From positions 1 to 64,000 of the IMG/VR virus record IMGVR_UViG_3300020172_006270: DNA of 64,000 bases; one strand, 5' to 3'. Every line of letters begins with the position of its first letter. Position 1 is the first letter of the stretch. A model generated the notes under the pieces. The model was not told the DNA's origin, ran no database searches, and was given only the letters and a program-made list of their open reading frames with translations. The translations under genes and the position numbers were made by a program. This document shows, piece by piece, positions 46,331 through 56,379 of this stretch.

Positions 46331-46929
46331 GCTGGCAATAGTTTGTGTCGCACGAGTTTGACGACCATCAGGGCGTCCTCAAGTGCAGTATGGGCCACTT
46401 CTCCGGCCATTCCTGCTCGTTCCAGACACGTTGCCGAGTCTGGCAGAGTCTTATCCCCAGGCTGGTAATACAAGATCGCTGGGTCAATAACACGATGCAG
46501 GATCGTAATGTCGCCCCAATGCTTCTTGAGCTTCTTGTTCAAGAATGGCAGATCGAACATGGCGGCATTCTTCCCAGCCACAGTAATCTTGACTCGACCA
46601 CTCTTAGGGTCTTCAGGAACGCCGTTTTGAGTCAAGAAATTCTTGAATGCGAATGGCAAGTCAAGAATGTGCATAAATCGGTCGCCGAATTCGTTCTCTT
46701 CAATACGCTTCTTTTGGGCGTCGGCGATTTTCTTGAATATTTGAGGGTGCATACCCAGGGCATATGGCTCGCCAGTATATGTTGGCTGGGTGAAATGGGT
46801 CTGAAACTTAGGGAGCTTTTCAAGTGGCTGTGGATTAGACAGATCGTCAATCACGGCTGCAAACTGGACAATATCGCAGGTTTTTGGATTGAGTCCCGTG
46901 GTTTCAATGTCAATTGAGCAGTAAAGCAT
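46327..46929 (-). CDS. DEDDh 3'-5' exonuclease
   Basis: DIETTG, NAAMFD, ID, HTALED. Confidence 0.9.
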   Translation of the reverse strand: MLYCSIDIETTGLNPKTCDIVQFAAVIDDLSNPQPLEKLPKFQTHFTQPTYTGEPYALGMHPQIFKKIADAQKKRIEENEFGDRFMHILDLPFAFKNFLTQNGVPEDPKSGRVKITVAGKNAAMFDLPFLNKKLKKHWGDITILHRVIDPAILYYQPGDKTLPDSATCLERAGMAGEVAHTALEDALMVVKLVRHKLLPA

Positions 46930-47015
46930 AGTTTATTCCTTGGTTTTGAATGGCTGGCAAAATATCAGAATAGCAGGATCATTTGTTTCGAGCCAGAGAT
47001 ATTTGTAGTTTGCAA

Positions 47016-47023
47016 CCTAAATA
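47016..47023 (+). promoter_or_regulatory. Late-type promoter CCTAAATA (leaderless)
   Basis: 5 nt before ATG 47029. Confidence 0.5.
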
Positions 47024-47028
47024 AAGGC

Positions 47029-47298
47029 ATGAAAACCTTTACCCAATATCTCCGTGACACCAATAGACTCGATGAGGGTCTAATGGATTTCTTCCGTGGC
47101 AAGAAGCACGTTGAGCCGACACCACCAGCCGATGACCCTGTATCCAAATGGAAGGCCATGCGCCAAAAGTCCACTCTGGGACAGTTTGATAAAACCGGCC
47201 CAGATCAGGACGCTCCAGCAGACGACGGCGAAGCAGATGTTATGGCAGCAATGAGCCGCAAACCAATGCGTTCTCGTAAAATGTCAAACAAGCGTTAA
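47029..47298 (+). CDS. Small hypothetical protein, possible internal head protein
   Basis: MKTFTQYL...LDE, similar to the T4 capsid-targeting sequence. Confidence 0.65.
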   Translation: MKTFTQYLRDTNRLDEGLMDFFRGKKHVEPTPPADDPVSKWKAMRQKSTLGQFDKTGPDQDAPADDGEADVMAAMSRKPMRSRKMSNKR

Positions 47299-47684
47299 GC
47301 AGACTGCAAGGTTCGTTTACGATATAGCGGTTCGATTAAAACTGGAATTTGATCCGATTTCAAATCGAATGGCGAAACGTAAAACATTCCTTGGGTAAGC
47401 TCGTCGCCTTGTTTCCACAACATGATCTTCACGTTGCAGTAATCTCTGCTCCGATACTCGATATACGGCGAAGCCGCATTACCGATACGCCACTTTTGTG
47501 TATCAGGCACATAGATGTTGTCCTTGTTCATCCTTGATTCTGAAAACTCGATATAAGGAGTTTTTCCGTTGAAAACAACACGCTCGTATCCAGTGGCCAC
47601 TTCCAATCCGATTGAAGTGGAAAATCTAATGTCGTCTGAGCCTTCGACGGGAAGTTTGAGACGATCTGTGTATTTTGTCGGCAT
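47295..47684 (-). CDS. Hypothetical protein
   Basis: AGGAG RBS; GYERVV...PYIEF. Confidence 0.7.
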   Translation of the reverse strand: MPTKYTDRLKLPVEGSDDIRFSTSIGLEVATGYERVVFNGKTPYIEFSESRMNKDNIYVPDTQKWRIGNAASPYIEYRSRDYCNVKIMLWKQGDELTQGMFYVSPFDLKSDQIPVLIEPLYRKRTLQSA

Positions 47685-47784
47685 GGCGAATTCTCCTAGA
47701 ATTGCAGGTGATATTGAAAGTTAACCGATTTCAGCCAGAGAATCTAGTGAAGTTTCTATTCCTTGCACATATTGAAGCAGTGAG

Positions 47785-47792
47785 CCTAAATA
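47785..47792 (+). promoter_or_regulatory. Late-type promoter CCTAAATA
   Basis: Followed by AAGGAG RBS and a virion-like gene. Confidence 0.5.
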
Positions 47793-47808
47793 CAAGGAGA
47801 GGTAAATA

Positions 47809-48345
47809 ATGGCTGACGACTTCACAATTTTGAACCCAGGAAGTGGCGGCGACACAATGGACGAAACAGGTGTCGTCTATCCGTCTGCGCCTGTGCTTCG
47901 TAAACGTCCCAGAGTAGTCATCACGGGAGAGGGGATTGATGATATTGTTCCCGCTCTTGCCAGTTCGCCAACAGGTTCAGAGTTCGGCATGGTTACTCGG
48001 CCTGTTATGGGCTATTCAGGCGAGGCGATCACTGTTTTCAATCTAACAACTTTGGTTCCCACAAACACTGAAACAACAGTCACCACATACACCGTTCCTG
48101 CTGGTAAAACCTTCAATTTCCTTGGTTTTGTGGCATCAGGCAATGCCAATGCTCTCTTTAAGCTGTATGTGGCAAGTAGCCCTGTTTTGGCAGGCAGAAG
48201 CTCGGTGGCCAACCTCACAGTTCAAATGACTTATGCCATGTCTCCGTTCCAAGTTCTCGAAGGCGACACTATTGTACTGAGGGTCATCCATCAAGCAAAT
48301 ATCGGCTGTGATTTTGAGGGGACCATCCTTGGATTCAATCTATGA
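47809..48345 (+). CDS. Putative virion structural protein
   Basis: C-terminal TYTVPAGKTF domain resembles that of 52216..53901. Confidence 0.6.
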   Translation: MADDFTILNPGSGGDTMDETGVVYPSAPVLRKRPRVVITGEGIDDIVPALASSPTGSEFGMVTRPVMGYSGEAITVFNLTTLVPTNTETTVTTYTVPAGKTFNFLGFVASGNANALFKLYVASSPVLAGRSSVANLTVQMTYAMSPFQVLEGDTIVLRVIHQANIGCDFEGTILGFNL

Positions 48346-49400
48346 TTTTTCTTGTTTTACCGTGTAACTGCAATAGTGGCTGGGGCGTCTGCTCGACCAA
48401 TCTCGCTAGGGAACTTTCGCAAAAAACCAAAATCAGATACGTCTCTTGTGAACTTAACAACCCAACTGCAACAAGAAATCCAATTGAATTGGCTTATTTC
48501 AAATCTTGCGAATTCACAAACTTAGATTACCTGAAGTCTCAAACACAACATCCTTTGATCCAAGCCATTCAGCACGACTTGTCAGATTATCTGGGTGACT
48601 TCAACGGCTCACGCAAGATTGCCATCACTTTTGCCGATAGAAAAATCCCTACCGCCCTCGCTCTCAGATCGAAGAAGTTCGACGTGATCGTAGCTGGCTC
48701 AGTGTGGTGTAAAGAACTACTGGAAGAGTATGGTGTAAAGTCCCAAGTTGTTCTTCAGGGTATTGATCCGCTTATATTCAATAAGTCTCGGTCCAAAAAA
48801 CAAATTTTCTTGGATGACTTCATGGTTTTCTCAGGCGGCAAGTTTGAACACCGAAAAGGTCAGGATATTACCCTGAAGGCATATAAAGTCCTCCAGGATC
48901 GTTATCCTGATGTCAAATTGGTTTGTGCCTGGACGAACCCATATACAGATGAATCAGGCGTGAAGGCCCTTCAAGAAAGCGGCGTGGATATGAATCGGGT
49001 CATCATGATTCCGAATATGCCCAACTTCATGATGGCTCAGATATATCAAAATACCGATGTGGGCATGTTTCCCAGCCGATGTGAAGCCGGAACCAATTTG
49101 GTCATGATGGAATATATGGCGTGCGGCAAACCGGCAATTGCCACTATCGGTACAGGCCAGCGAGATTTGATTTCAGATAAAACTGGCATCGCTTTAGAGA
49201 ACAGCGGAATATGCGATCTCGTGGAAAACGGACAAGTTGTCAGCAAATGGGAAGAACCGAATGTTGACTCGGCGATAGACAAACTTGATTGGGCATATAA
49301 CCACCGGGCAAAAATAAAGCCCCTTGGGTTACAAGGGGCCAAATTACTTTCTGAATATACCTGGGAGCGAATGGCCCAGCAACTCTTGAGCTTTATGTGA
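48342..49400 (+). CDS. Glycosyltransferase family 4
   Basis: GKFEHRKGQD, FPSRCEAGTNLVMMEYMACG. Confidence 0.9.
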   Translation: MIFLVLPCNCNSGWGVCSTNLARELSQKTKIRYVSCELNNPTATRNPIELAYFKSCEFTNLDYLKSQTQHPLIQAIQHDLSDYLGDFNGSRKIAITFADRKIPTALALRSKKFDVIVAGSVWCKELLEEYGVKSQVVLQGIDPLIFNKSRSKKQIFLDDFMVFSGGKFEHRKGQDITLKAYKVLQDRYPDVKLVCAWTNPYTDESGVKALQESGVDMNRVIMIPNMPNFMMAQIYQNTDVGMFPSRCEAGTNLVMMEYMACGKPAIATIGTGQRDLISDKTGIALENSGICDLVENGQVVSKWEEPNVDSAIDKLDWAYNHRAKIKPLGLQGAKLLSEYTWERMAQQLLSFM

Positions 49401-49722
49401 ACTTAACGCAGCCGTTTACGATTGTGAATTCATAAGGCGACGTATATTCTTCTGGCTGCAAACAAGTAGGGTCTATCGTCAAAAGAATCTGAAGAATCAT
49501 TGCACCAAAATTGAATGCTTCTGCGGACTGACCAGTTCGTACTGAGTCCATGACATCACAAATTGCTTGCAACTCTTCTTTGCTTCTTGTAATGCCATTT
49601 TTTAACCAAAACTTATCTCGTTGGTCTTTATGGAATTGAAGCAAATATTTGAACATTTCATTTCCTGTGTTCAAAATTCTGTTTGCTTCTTTTTCACTTT
49701 CTAAATCATGTATCTCAAACAT
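49393..49722 (-). CDS. Hypothetical protein
   Basis: AGGAG RBS; follows a fibre-like gene. Confidence 0.65.
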   Translation of the reverse strand: MFEIHDLESEKEANRILNTGNEMFKYLLQFHKDQRDKFWLKNGITRSKEELQAICDVMDSVRTGQSAEAFNFGAMILQILLTIDPTCLQPEEYTSPYEFTIVNGCVKFT

Positions 49723-49733
49723 ATTGTCTCCTG

Positions 49734-51155
49734 TTACTCGAAGTATCCATCGACAGTAACCATGCCAGCAATAACCTGCGAGGCCGTCGCCGTTCCTACT
49801 GGTATTCTGAGGATGATATGGAAGAATCGACCAGATGGAACAACCAGTGGGGTCGTGAAGATTTTAGATATTCTCTGAGCGGAAGCACCAATAGCAGCAG
49901 CCACCGGGAAACTTTGCACTCCGAGAGGTATGCGGCATACCGTGGCCGTCGCTAAAGAAACGGCAGTCGAACCCACGCCCGCACCCCAAACCAACAAGTG
50001 TGGAGTAGTGGCAACGGCTGCACCCGTGTTGTATGCTTCGATGTCGATGCCCGTAACGACTAAGTTGCTGTTCGCTGGAACGGTAAAACCAAACAATGCG
50101 AAGTCAGTAGCGGCACCGGCAACAGCAGCGAACTGCCATAGTCCACCCAGGGTCGTATAACCAGCAGCCGTGTTGGACAAGGTTGCCGAAGTAGCAGCAG
50201 CAGAGTTGGCATAGTTAGTCAACTGCGCACCCGTGAATGGGTGAATGGGATTGGACCTAAAGTTGGCAGCATTGACTTGCGCCCAACTTTTGTTCTGCAC
50301 GTTGTCCAGAGCCAAAGCATAAATGTCCGTCAGGATCATCTGAGGGGCGGTCGTAGGTGCGACACCAGAGTTGTAAAGACGTGCCAAGACCTGAATTTGA
50401 GTAGCGCTCAACAATCTTGCAGCAGTCAAAGGCAACTTGATTGATTGCTCAGAAATAATCTGTCCGGTAGAAGTGTTTTGGCAAACAAATACTGCTTCGT
50501 CGTCATCCATGAACACGTCGAATGTGTAGTAGTTTGTCGTGTTGATGGAGCTTCTAATGTCTGAACCTGTAATATCAACGCTGTTGATAGTCACAACAGG
50601 CTGCAATACACCGGAAGATGTCATTTGCCAGTAAGCACCCGTGGTGTTCGCACCGTTAAACGTGGCTGCATCGCCAAATCCAATCTCCATCACCGAGTTG
50701 TTGTAATGGTTAAGTCTGGCTCTGGCCTTAACCTGGAGTGCCGACCTTTGGTTCTTCATGAAAGTCATTGCCGACTTAATCATGTAACCAGTCGTAACCG
50801 TCGTGATTGTACCGGAGTTGAACAAAAGGCCGGTTATCGTGGCCTGCGTTGCAGCCATCGTCGTGTTGGTAATAAGCCAACGCTGAGGGCTGGTCACAGT
50901 CGATTCAAAAGCATCGTGCAACAACAATGTATGACCAGCACTACCCACACTACCGAGTCTGTCCATTCGGATTGGGTGAACGGCTTCATCGTTTAGCCCA
51001 AGGACCATAATGCCTCGTGGCGTAGCTGGTTGGTCGCCGTGGGTGTAGGCCATATTCTGGCCGATACCGTCGTACAGACTCATACGACCAGCTTTGCTTG
51101 TTGGATCGACTGTCAGCATATCGCTGCTGGCACCACTCTTAATTGCTACGCTCAT
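49734..51155 (-). CDS. Putative virion/tail-fibre protein (Thr/Ala-rich, beta-rich)
   Basis: Composition and structural-gene context. Confidence 0.65.
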   Translation of the reverse strand: MSVAIKSGASSDMLTVDPTSKAGRMSLYDGIGQNMAYTHGDQPATPRGIMVLGLNDEAVHPIRMDRLGSVGSAGHTLLLHDAFESTVTSPQRWLITNTTMAATQATITGLLFNSGTITTVTTGYMIKSAMTFMKNQRSALQVKARARLNHYNNSVMEIGFGDAATFNGANTTGAYWQMTSSGVLQPVVTINSVDITGSDIRSSINTTNYYTFDVFMDDDEAVFVCQNTSTGQIISEQSIKLPLTAARLLSATQIQVLARLYNSGVAPTTAPQMILTDIYALALDNVQNKSWAQVNAANFRSNPIHPFTGAQLTNYANSAAATSATLSNTAAGYTTLGGLWQFAAVAGAATDFALFGFTVPANSNLVVTGIDIEAYNTGAAVATTPHLLVWGAGVGSTAVSLATATVCRIPLGVQSFPVAAAIGASAQRISKIFTTPLVVPSGRFFHIILRIPVGTATASQVIAGMVTVDGYFE

Positions 51156-51156
51156 A

Positions 51157-51477
51157 TTAAACTCCGATTATGTTGAAATTGTATTTTCCGAATGTAGTGT
51201 CATGGCATCCTGCTCTCAATGTAAAACCCACCCCATCTACAATAAGATCAGGCACGCCGAAGACGCCTTCCAACACATAATCCTCTGGATCATGATCTGC
51301 TGTTGCGGCTCCTGAAGGAGACACAATAAGTTTAGTTGTGGAAGTTACCCACGTCGCAGAGACAATTACTTCAGCGGCCCCAGCTTCGGTTGCGCCAGGA
51401 GCGCCAAAATCAACTTCTACGGATACGTCGTAGACAGTTGTGCCGGTGCCGGTGCTTGCTGGATAATATACTGGCAT
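51157..51477 (-). CDS. Putative small virion protein
   Basis: GGAG RBS; VDFG motif; beta-rich. Confidence 0.6.
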   Translation of the reverse strand: MPVYYPASTGTGTTVYDVSVEVDFGAPGATEAGAAEVIVSATWVTSTTKLIVSPSGAATADHDPEDYVLEGVFGVPDLIVDGVGFTLRAGCHDTTFGKYNFNIIGV

Positions 51478-51480
51478 GGA

Positions 51481-52125
51481 TTAAATCTCCGTCACTCGAA
51501 TAATGTTTGTTCCGGTTGAGGAGATAGCTTCTATTGCTCCTGTATATGCAGGAAGGTGCATTTCGTAAAAACCATTCGTAAATAATTCTATTGTGTGACT
51601 TGTCGCACTCGCAGCAGTTCCCCACTTGATGTAAACTGAATTGGCTCCACTATTGAAAAATGTTGCCAAATGTCTAGCAGAATTTGCTGCCAATAATTGA
51701 ATACTTACGCCGTTTGTGACAGTAACATTGCTCAATGTTGAGGTTGCCGACCCCAGATGGTCAACCGTATAAGTGCCACTTGGAACGGCAGTAACCGTTC
51801 CAGCTACCGTATAAGTTCCTGTTGGAGTTGCCGTGACGGTTCCAGACACAGCTTGTGTGCCAGATGGCACAATGGTCATAGATGTAGATGTGACCGTGTA
51901 TGTGCCACTTGGAACCGCTGTGGTGGTTCCTGCGACCGTATAAGTGCCGCTTGGAACTGCCGTGGTCGTGCCTACGACCGTATGGGTGCCGGACGGCAAA
52001 GTTCGGACGATTAGCCCGCTTTCGGTGCCTGATGGTGCAACGGTTGATATATCGCAAACCAAAAGGTCGTTTGCGTCAACAAGTTGCACAGGCTGTGAGT
52101 TTTGTATTCTTGTTAGGTCTGGCAT
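51481..52125 (-). CDS. Putative virion protein with PSGTYTV repeats
   Basis: 14-aa repeat shared with 52216..53901. Confidence 0.7.
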   Translation of the reverse strand: MPDLTRIQNSQPVQLVDANDLLVCDISTVAPSGTESGLIVRTLPSGTHTVVGTTTAVPSGTYTVAGTTTAVPSGTYTVTSTSMTIVPSGTQAVSGTVTATPTGTYTVAGTVTAVPSGTYTVDHLGSATSTLSNVTVTNGVSIQLLAANSARHLATFFNSGANSVYIKWGTAASATSHTIELFTNGFYEMHLPAYTGAIEAISSTGTNIIRVTEI

Positions 52126-52160
52126 ATCAGACTTATATAGAGTTTGCTTTGTTCAAAAAC

Positions 52161-52199
52161 AAAAAAAAGGCCCCGCAAACCTTTCGATCTGCGGGGCCT
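52161..52199 (-). terminator. Intrinsic terminator
   Basis: AGGCCCCGCA/TGCGGGGCCT stem plus U-tract on the minus strand. Confidence 0.88.
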
Positions 52200-52215
52200 A
52201 AGTTGAAACTAGAAA

Positions 52216-53901
52216 TTAGACTCGTTCTTCACCCATTAAGGTGCAATAAACATCTTGAGCAGCACCAGCATTGTTCTGAATTTTGATATTCACAACAGTT
52301 GAAGCTGTAATGGCAGGTGGCTGGGTAAAATTGATTGCTAAAAATGGCATAGAAGCTGAATAGAAACCAACTGCGGCCACAGTCGGGCCAGCACCATAAT
52401 CTACTTGAACTCGACAAGGAGCGCCAGAAGAAGAAGCCATAATCCCCTTGAGATACAGGGTTCTACCGGCAGTGACCGTATAGGACAATGTGGCTGTCGA
52501 AGCATTTGCCAAAGAAGCCTGAGTTTGGTAGTTGACAACGATGCCAGTCTGAGCCAAATGGCTGACGTTTAGCGGAGTCGCATTGTTGATACCCTGGACG
52601 CTCAAAACGCCAGCGTTAGCGGTTCCAGCCGTTCCTGCACCAACAATTTCAGCTTTCAAGTTGGCAGCAGTAGACTGAACAACAGTCATGGATGTTGCGG
52701 TTACTGTGTATGTTCCACTTGGAACAGCCGTCACGGTTCCAGATACAGGCTGTGTGCCAGATGGAACATTTGTTACCGTACCAGCAACCGTATAGGTGCC
52801 AGTTGGAGTAGCATTCACAGTACCAGCAACCGTATAGGTGCCAGTTGGAGTAGCGGTGGTTGTGCCAGAGACGCTGATTGGCGTCATCGAGGCAATACCC
52901 TGAATGGTCAGCACTCCAGCGTCAGCAGTTCCCGCCGTTCCCGCACCAACAACTTGAGCTTTCAAGTTGGCCGCTGTCGGGTTCACGACAGTCATGGATG
53001 TTGCGGTTACTGTATAGGTTCCACTTGGAACAGCCGTTACGGTTCCAGACACAGGTTGTGTGCCGGATGACACGCTCGTTACCGTACCAGCAACCGTATA
53101 GGTGCCAGTTGGAGTAGCATTCACAGTACCGGCGACAGTGTAAGTGCCAGTTGGTGTAGCAGTGGTTGTGCCAGAGACGCTAATTGGCGTCATCGAGGCG
53201 ATACCCTGAATAGTCAGCACTCCAGCGTCAGCCGTTCCAGCAGTACCAGCACCAACAACCTGAGCTTTCAAGTTGGCAGCAGTTGGGTTCACAACGGTCA
53301 TAGACGTTGCTGTTACAGTGTAAGTGCCAGTCGGCGTTGCCGTCACGGTTCCAGACACAGGCTGTGTGCCGGATGGAACATTTGTTACCGTACCAGCAAC
53401 CGTATAGGTTCCGGTCGGAGTTGAGTTAACAGTACCAGCAACCGTATAGGTGCCTGTTGGAGTAGCGGTGGTCGTGCCAGAGACGCTAATTGGCGTCATC
53501 GAGGCAATACCTTGAATAGTCACAACGCCTGCGTCAGCAGTACCAGCCGTTCCTGCACCAACAACTTGAGCTTTCAAGTTGGCCGCTGTTGGGTTCACAA
53601 CAGTCATGGATGCGGCGGTTACTGTGTATGTGCCAGTTGGAGTCGATGTTACTGTTCCAGAAACAGCCTGTGTGCCAGATGGTACATTCGTCACCGTACC
53701 AGCAACCGTATAGGTTCCGGTCGGAGTTGAGTTAACAGTACCAGCAACCGTATAGGTGCCTGTTGGCGAAGATGTAATCGTACCGGAAACAGGCTGCGTT
53801 ACAGCAGAACCGTCGATTCTCAAAGCCGAACCAGCGGTAATACCAGCGGTGTTGGTATTGTCCGTTAGTTTAACCGGCATCTGTGTTTGAATATCAGCCA
53901 T
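52216..53901 (-). CDS. Thr-rich repetitive fibre/virion protein
   Basis: Four 102-aa units containing 14-aa PTGTYTVAGTV sub-repeats. Confidence 0.8.
   Translation of the reverse strand: MADIQTQMPVKLTDNTNTAGITAGSALRIDGSAVTQPVSGTITSSPTGTYTVAGTVNSTPTGTYTVAGTVTNVPSGTQAVSGTVTSTPTGTYTVTAASMTVVNPTAANLKAQVVGAGTAGTADAGVVTIQGIASMTPISVSGTTTATPTGTYTVAGTVNSTPTGTYTVAGTVTNVPSGTQPVSGTVTATPTGTYTVTATSMTVVNPTAANLKAQVVGAGTAGTADAGVLTIQGIASMTPISVSGTTTATPTGTYTVAGTVNATPTGTYTVAGTVTSVSSGTQPVSGTVTAVPSGTYTVTATSMTVVNPTAANLKAQVVGAGTAGTADAGVLTIQGIASMTPISVSGTTTATPTGTYTVAGTVNATPTGTYTVAGTVTNVPSGTQPVSGTVTAVPSGTYTVTATSMTVVQSTAANLKAEIVGAGTAGTANAGVLSVQGINNATPLNVSHLAQTGIVVNYQTQASLANASTATLSYTVTAGRTLYLKGIMASSSGAPCRVQVDYGAGPTVAAVGFYSASMPFLAINFTQPPAITASTVVNIKIQNNAGAAQDVYCTLMGEERV
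52590..53805 (-). repeat. 306-bp tandem repeat (x4) with 42-bp sub-repeats
   Basis: GCTTTCAAGTTGG at 52652, 52958, 53264, 53570. Confidence 0.9.
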
Positions 53902-53922
53902 TTAAGTGTCTCCTTACGAGTA

Positions 53923-54168
53923 TTATGCCTTTGGTGCTAAAGCCGCTTCTTGCTTCTTTTCTTCGGCTTCCAATTGAATCTTGATGTTTTTGTCCTGCTC
54001 GACAATCACCTTTTTCTGTGCTTCTATATCTAGGTTGCATCGCTCAATTTCTTCCTGAAGTTCAAGGATGCGAATATGCCGTGCCTGGATATTGGCCTGT
54101 GCTACAATCTTCTGATGTTCAAGCCTCATAATTGTGAGGTTATTGTTGGTGCTAAATAGATCAGCCAT
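53923..54168 (-). CDS. Small coiled-coil protein
   Basis: AAGGAG RBS; heptad pattern. Confidence 0.65.
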   Translation of the reverse strand: MADLFSTNNNLTIMRLEHQKIVAQANIQARHIRILELQEEIERCNLDIEAQKKVIVEQDKNIKIQLEAEEKKQEAALAPKA

Positions 54169-54191
54169 AGTGTTTTTGCTCCTTTCACACT

Positions 54192-54199
54192 TATTTATG
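54192..54199 (-). promoter_or_regulatory. Late-type promoter CATAAATA
   Basis: Heads the minus-strand structural operon. Confidence 0.5.
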
Positions 54200-54227
54200 T
54201 TCGGATGAACCGTTTTGGAGCTTATAG

Positions 54228-55592
54228 ATGAACTTAGACAAAATATTGATTGGTATGCACGAAGAATCCTGCCGTTTGCACGCAGAGGGAAGAGATTCAG
54301 AGGCTTTATTTACCTGCGAACAACTGGCAGTACAATCTCTCAATACATTGGGGCTTGCTTATTGCGGTTATTTGCCCAATTACGACAAGGCAATAAATTG
54401 CTTTTTCGATGCTCTTAAAATCGAGCCAAGTAACTGGTTGTTGTGGTCAAACATTTGTCACGTTCGCAGTCTCCAAGAGCGTCATAAAGAAGCCCTGTCT
54501 GCCGCCATTCAGTCAATCAAGTTTTCAGACGGAATCGCCTTTGATCCTTACTACAACGCTGGCGTGACTTTAACTGCTCTCGGCAGATGCAAAGAAGCCG
54601 TCGAGATGTACCGAGCCGCCTTGCAGATCAGCCCGGAACACAGCCAAATCAATTACAATCTGGGACTGTGCTTGTTGAGAATTGGCGAATGGAAAGACGG
54701 TTGGGAGAAATACGAATACAGGTTCAAGACCAGTGAATTGACGGGTCGATTCAAAGATAGATTCATTCAAGATCAGTGGGACGGCAGGAAGTTCAAAAAG
54801 AAAAGCCTTGCCGTCTATAGCGAGCAAGGCTTGGGCGACTTCATATTTTTCGCTAGATTTTTACCAATGGTAAAAGCCCTCGGTGGTAAGGTGATATGTG
54901 AAGTACAAGAACCATTGAAGGATGTTATTGGAAAGAATCTCAAAATTGATGAATTGGTTTCCCGTCCCAATAATACTGAGTGGCCCGCACCGCCAGATTC
55001 AGATTACGCCGTTTCGATTTCTAGTCTTCCAAGAATTTTGAAAATCGACTCTTTGGACAAGGTGCCGAATCGTCCGTATATTGCCGCCCCCAATAAACCA
55101 AGGCCACGGGGTTTCTCGAACAAGAAGTTCAACATTGGCTTGTGCTGGGCGGGTAACTCAGATCATCAACGAGATTACACCCGATCAATGTTTTTGAATC
55201 ACTTCAAGCCGCTCGCTGACAATCCAAAAGTTCAACTTTTTGGTTTGGTGAAGGGCGTCCGAAATCAAAGGAAGTGGCCGGAAGGAGTGGTTGATTTGAA
55301 CTATGGCATTGATGATTTTCCAATGGTCAATTTAGAAAATCAAATCAATGGATTTGGCGACTTGGCTCATTACATCAATCATCTGGACTTAGTGCTGACT
55401 GTAGACACAGGATTAGCACACTTGGCAGGAGCGATGGGCAAGCCTGTATGGGTTCTGTTGGGCAAAGAAACAGATTGGCGATGGGGAGACGATGCAACAA
55501 CCTCAGCTTGGTATCCCAGCATGAGGTTGTTTCGTCGCCAAGATACTTGGGAAAATCTTGTTTCCGAAGTGATTACTCAACTGCCGTCATAG
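54228..55592 (+). CDS. TPR-repeat GT9-like glycosyltransferase
   Basis: TPRs, then EQGLGDFIFFARF, WAGN, TVDTGLAHLAGAMG, WYPSMRLFR. Confidence 0.9.
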   Translation: MNLDKILIGMHEESCRLHAEGRDSEALFTCEQLAVQSLNTLGLAYCGYLPNYDKAINCFFDALKIEPSNWLLWSNICHVRSLQERHKEALSAAIQSIKFSDGIAFDPYYNAGVTLTALGRCKEAVEMYRAALQISPEHSQINYNLGLCLLRIGEWKDGWEKYEYRFKTSELTGRFKDRFIQDQWDGRKFKKKSLAVYSEQGLGDFIFFARFLPMVKALGGKVICEVQEPLKDVIGKNLKIDELVSRPNNTEWPAPPDSDYAVSISSLPRILKIDSLDKVPNRPYIAAPNKPRPRGFSNKKFNIGLCWAGNSDHQRDYTRSMFLNHFKPLADNPKVQLFGLVKGVRNQRKWPEGVVDLNYGIDDFPMVNLENQINGFGDLAHYINHLDLVLTVDTGLAHLAGAMGKPVWVLLGKETDWRWGDDATTSAWYPSMRLFRRQDTWENLVSEVITQLPS

Positions 55593-56379
55593 CGAATTTG
55601 GTTGGATCAATCGGGCAATCCACATCCTTGTGATGGCAGAATAGATTGCCTGATACAATCTGCGTATATTGTCCTTCGTCTACTTTGCTCAAGAAGACAT
55701 TTTCAGGATCGCCGAAGAAGTTGTTCGGGTTATACAATGGACCCAAATGCTTATAGATCACATAGCCCATTGATTTAATCGTTTCAATCAAAGCGGCAGA
55801 TTTTTCTTCTCTGTCATCTTCGATATAGAGAATTGGCTTAAATTTTTCAATAGTTTCCTTGGCTCCTTCTAAAGCCAATTTTTCCATTCCTTCAACATCC
55901 ATTTTAATGAAGTCCAATCGAAGGAACTGTTGTTCGTCGATAGTAATCAACGGAACTGGATAGCTTGGAGCGCCAGAATAGTCTTCACACAGCGAAAGGC
56001 CACCCCAATTAACGGTTCTCTCTTGATCGAGTTCTGGGACGGCGATGAATCCTGGAGATGAGCCAAGGGCTTTTTGGAATGGGTAGACGTTTAGCAAATT
56101 GTTGATAGAGACGTTGCCTGCCAAGGTATTGAAGTTGATCCGTTCTGGCTCGTATGCGAAAACGACGCCCGCAGGCCCGACCAGACGAGAAAATGCTACC
56201 GTGTGACAGCCTATGTTCGCCCCCACATCCAAAACAACACTCCCCGGCTTGATTGCATCCCGGAAAACCTGGACTTCTGACTCCGAGAATTCCCCGTATT
56301 TTTCGAGAGATCGTCCGACCCAAATATCCTTGTTGTTATAGATCATCAGTCCATAACGGCACTTCTTCAATAGATTCAT
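55573..56379 (-). CDS. FkbM-family methyltransferase
   Basis: LDVGANIG, AYEP, IKMDVEGME; start at MNLLKK with GGAG RBS. Confidence 0.92.
   Translation of the reverse strand: MNLLKKCRYGLMIYNNKDIWVGRSLEKYGEFSESEVQVFRDAIKPGSVVLDVGANIGCHTVAFSRLVGPAGVVFAYEPERINFNTLAGNVSINNLLNVYPFQKALGSSPGFIAVPELDQERTVNWGGLSLCEDYSGAPSYPVPLITIDEQQFLRLDFIKMDVEGMEKLALEGAKETIEKFKPILYIEDDREEKSAALIETIKSMGYVIYKHLGPLYNPNNFFGDPENVFLSKVDEGQYTQIVSGNLFCHHKDVDCPIDPTKFAMTAVE

Noticed and set aside
52216-53901. Diversity-generating retroelement template/variable repeats
   Set aside because: Differences between copies are mainly synonymous rather than adenine-specific; no reverse transcriptase in the window.
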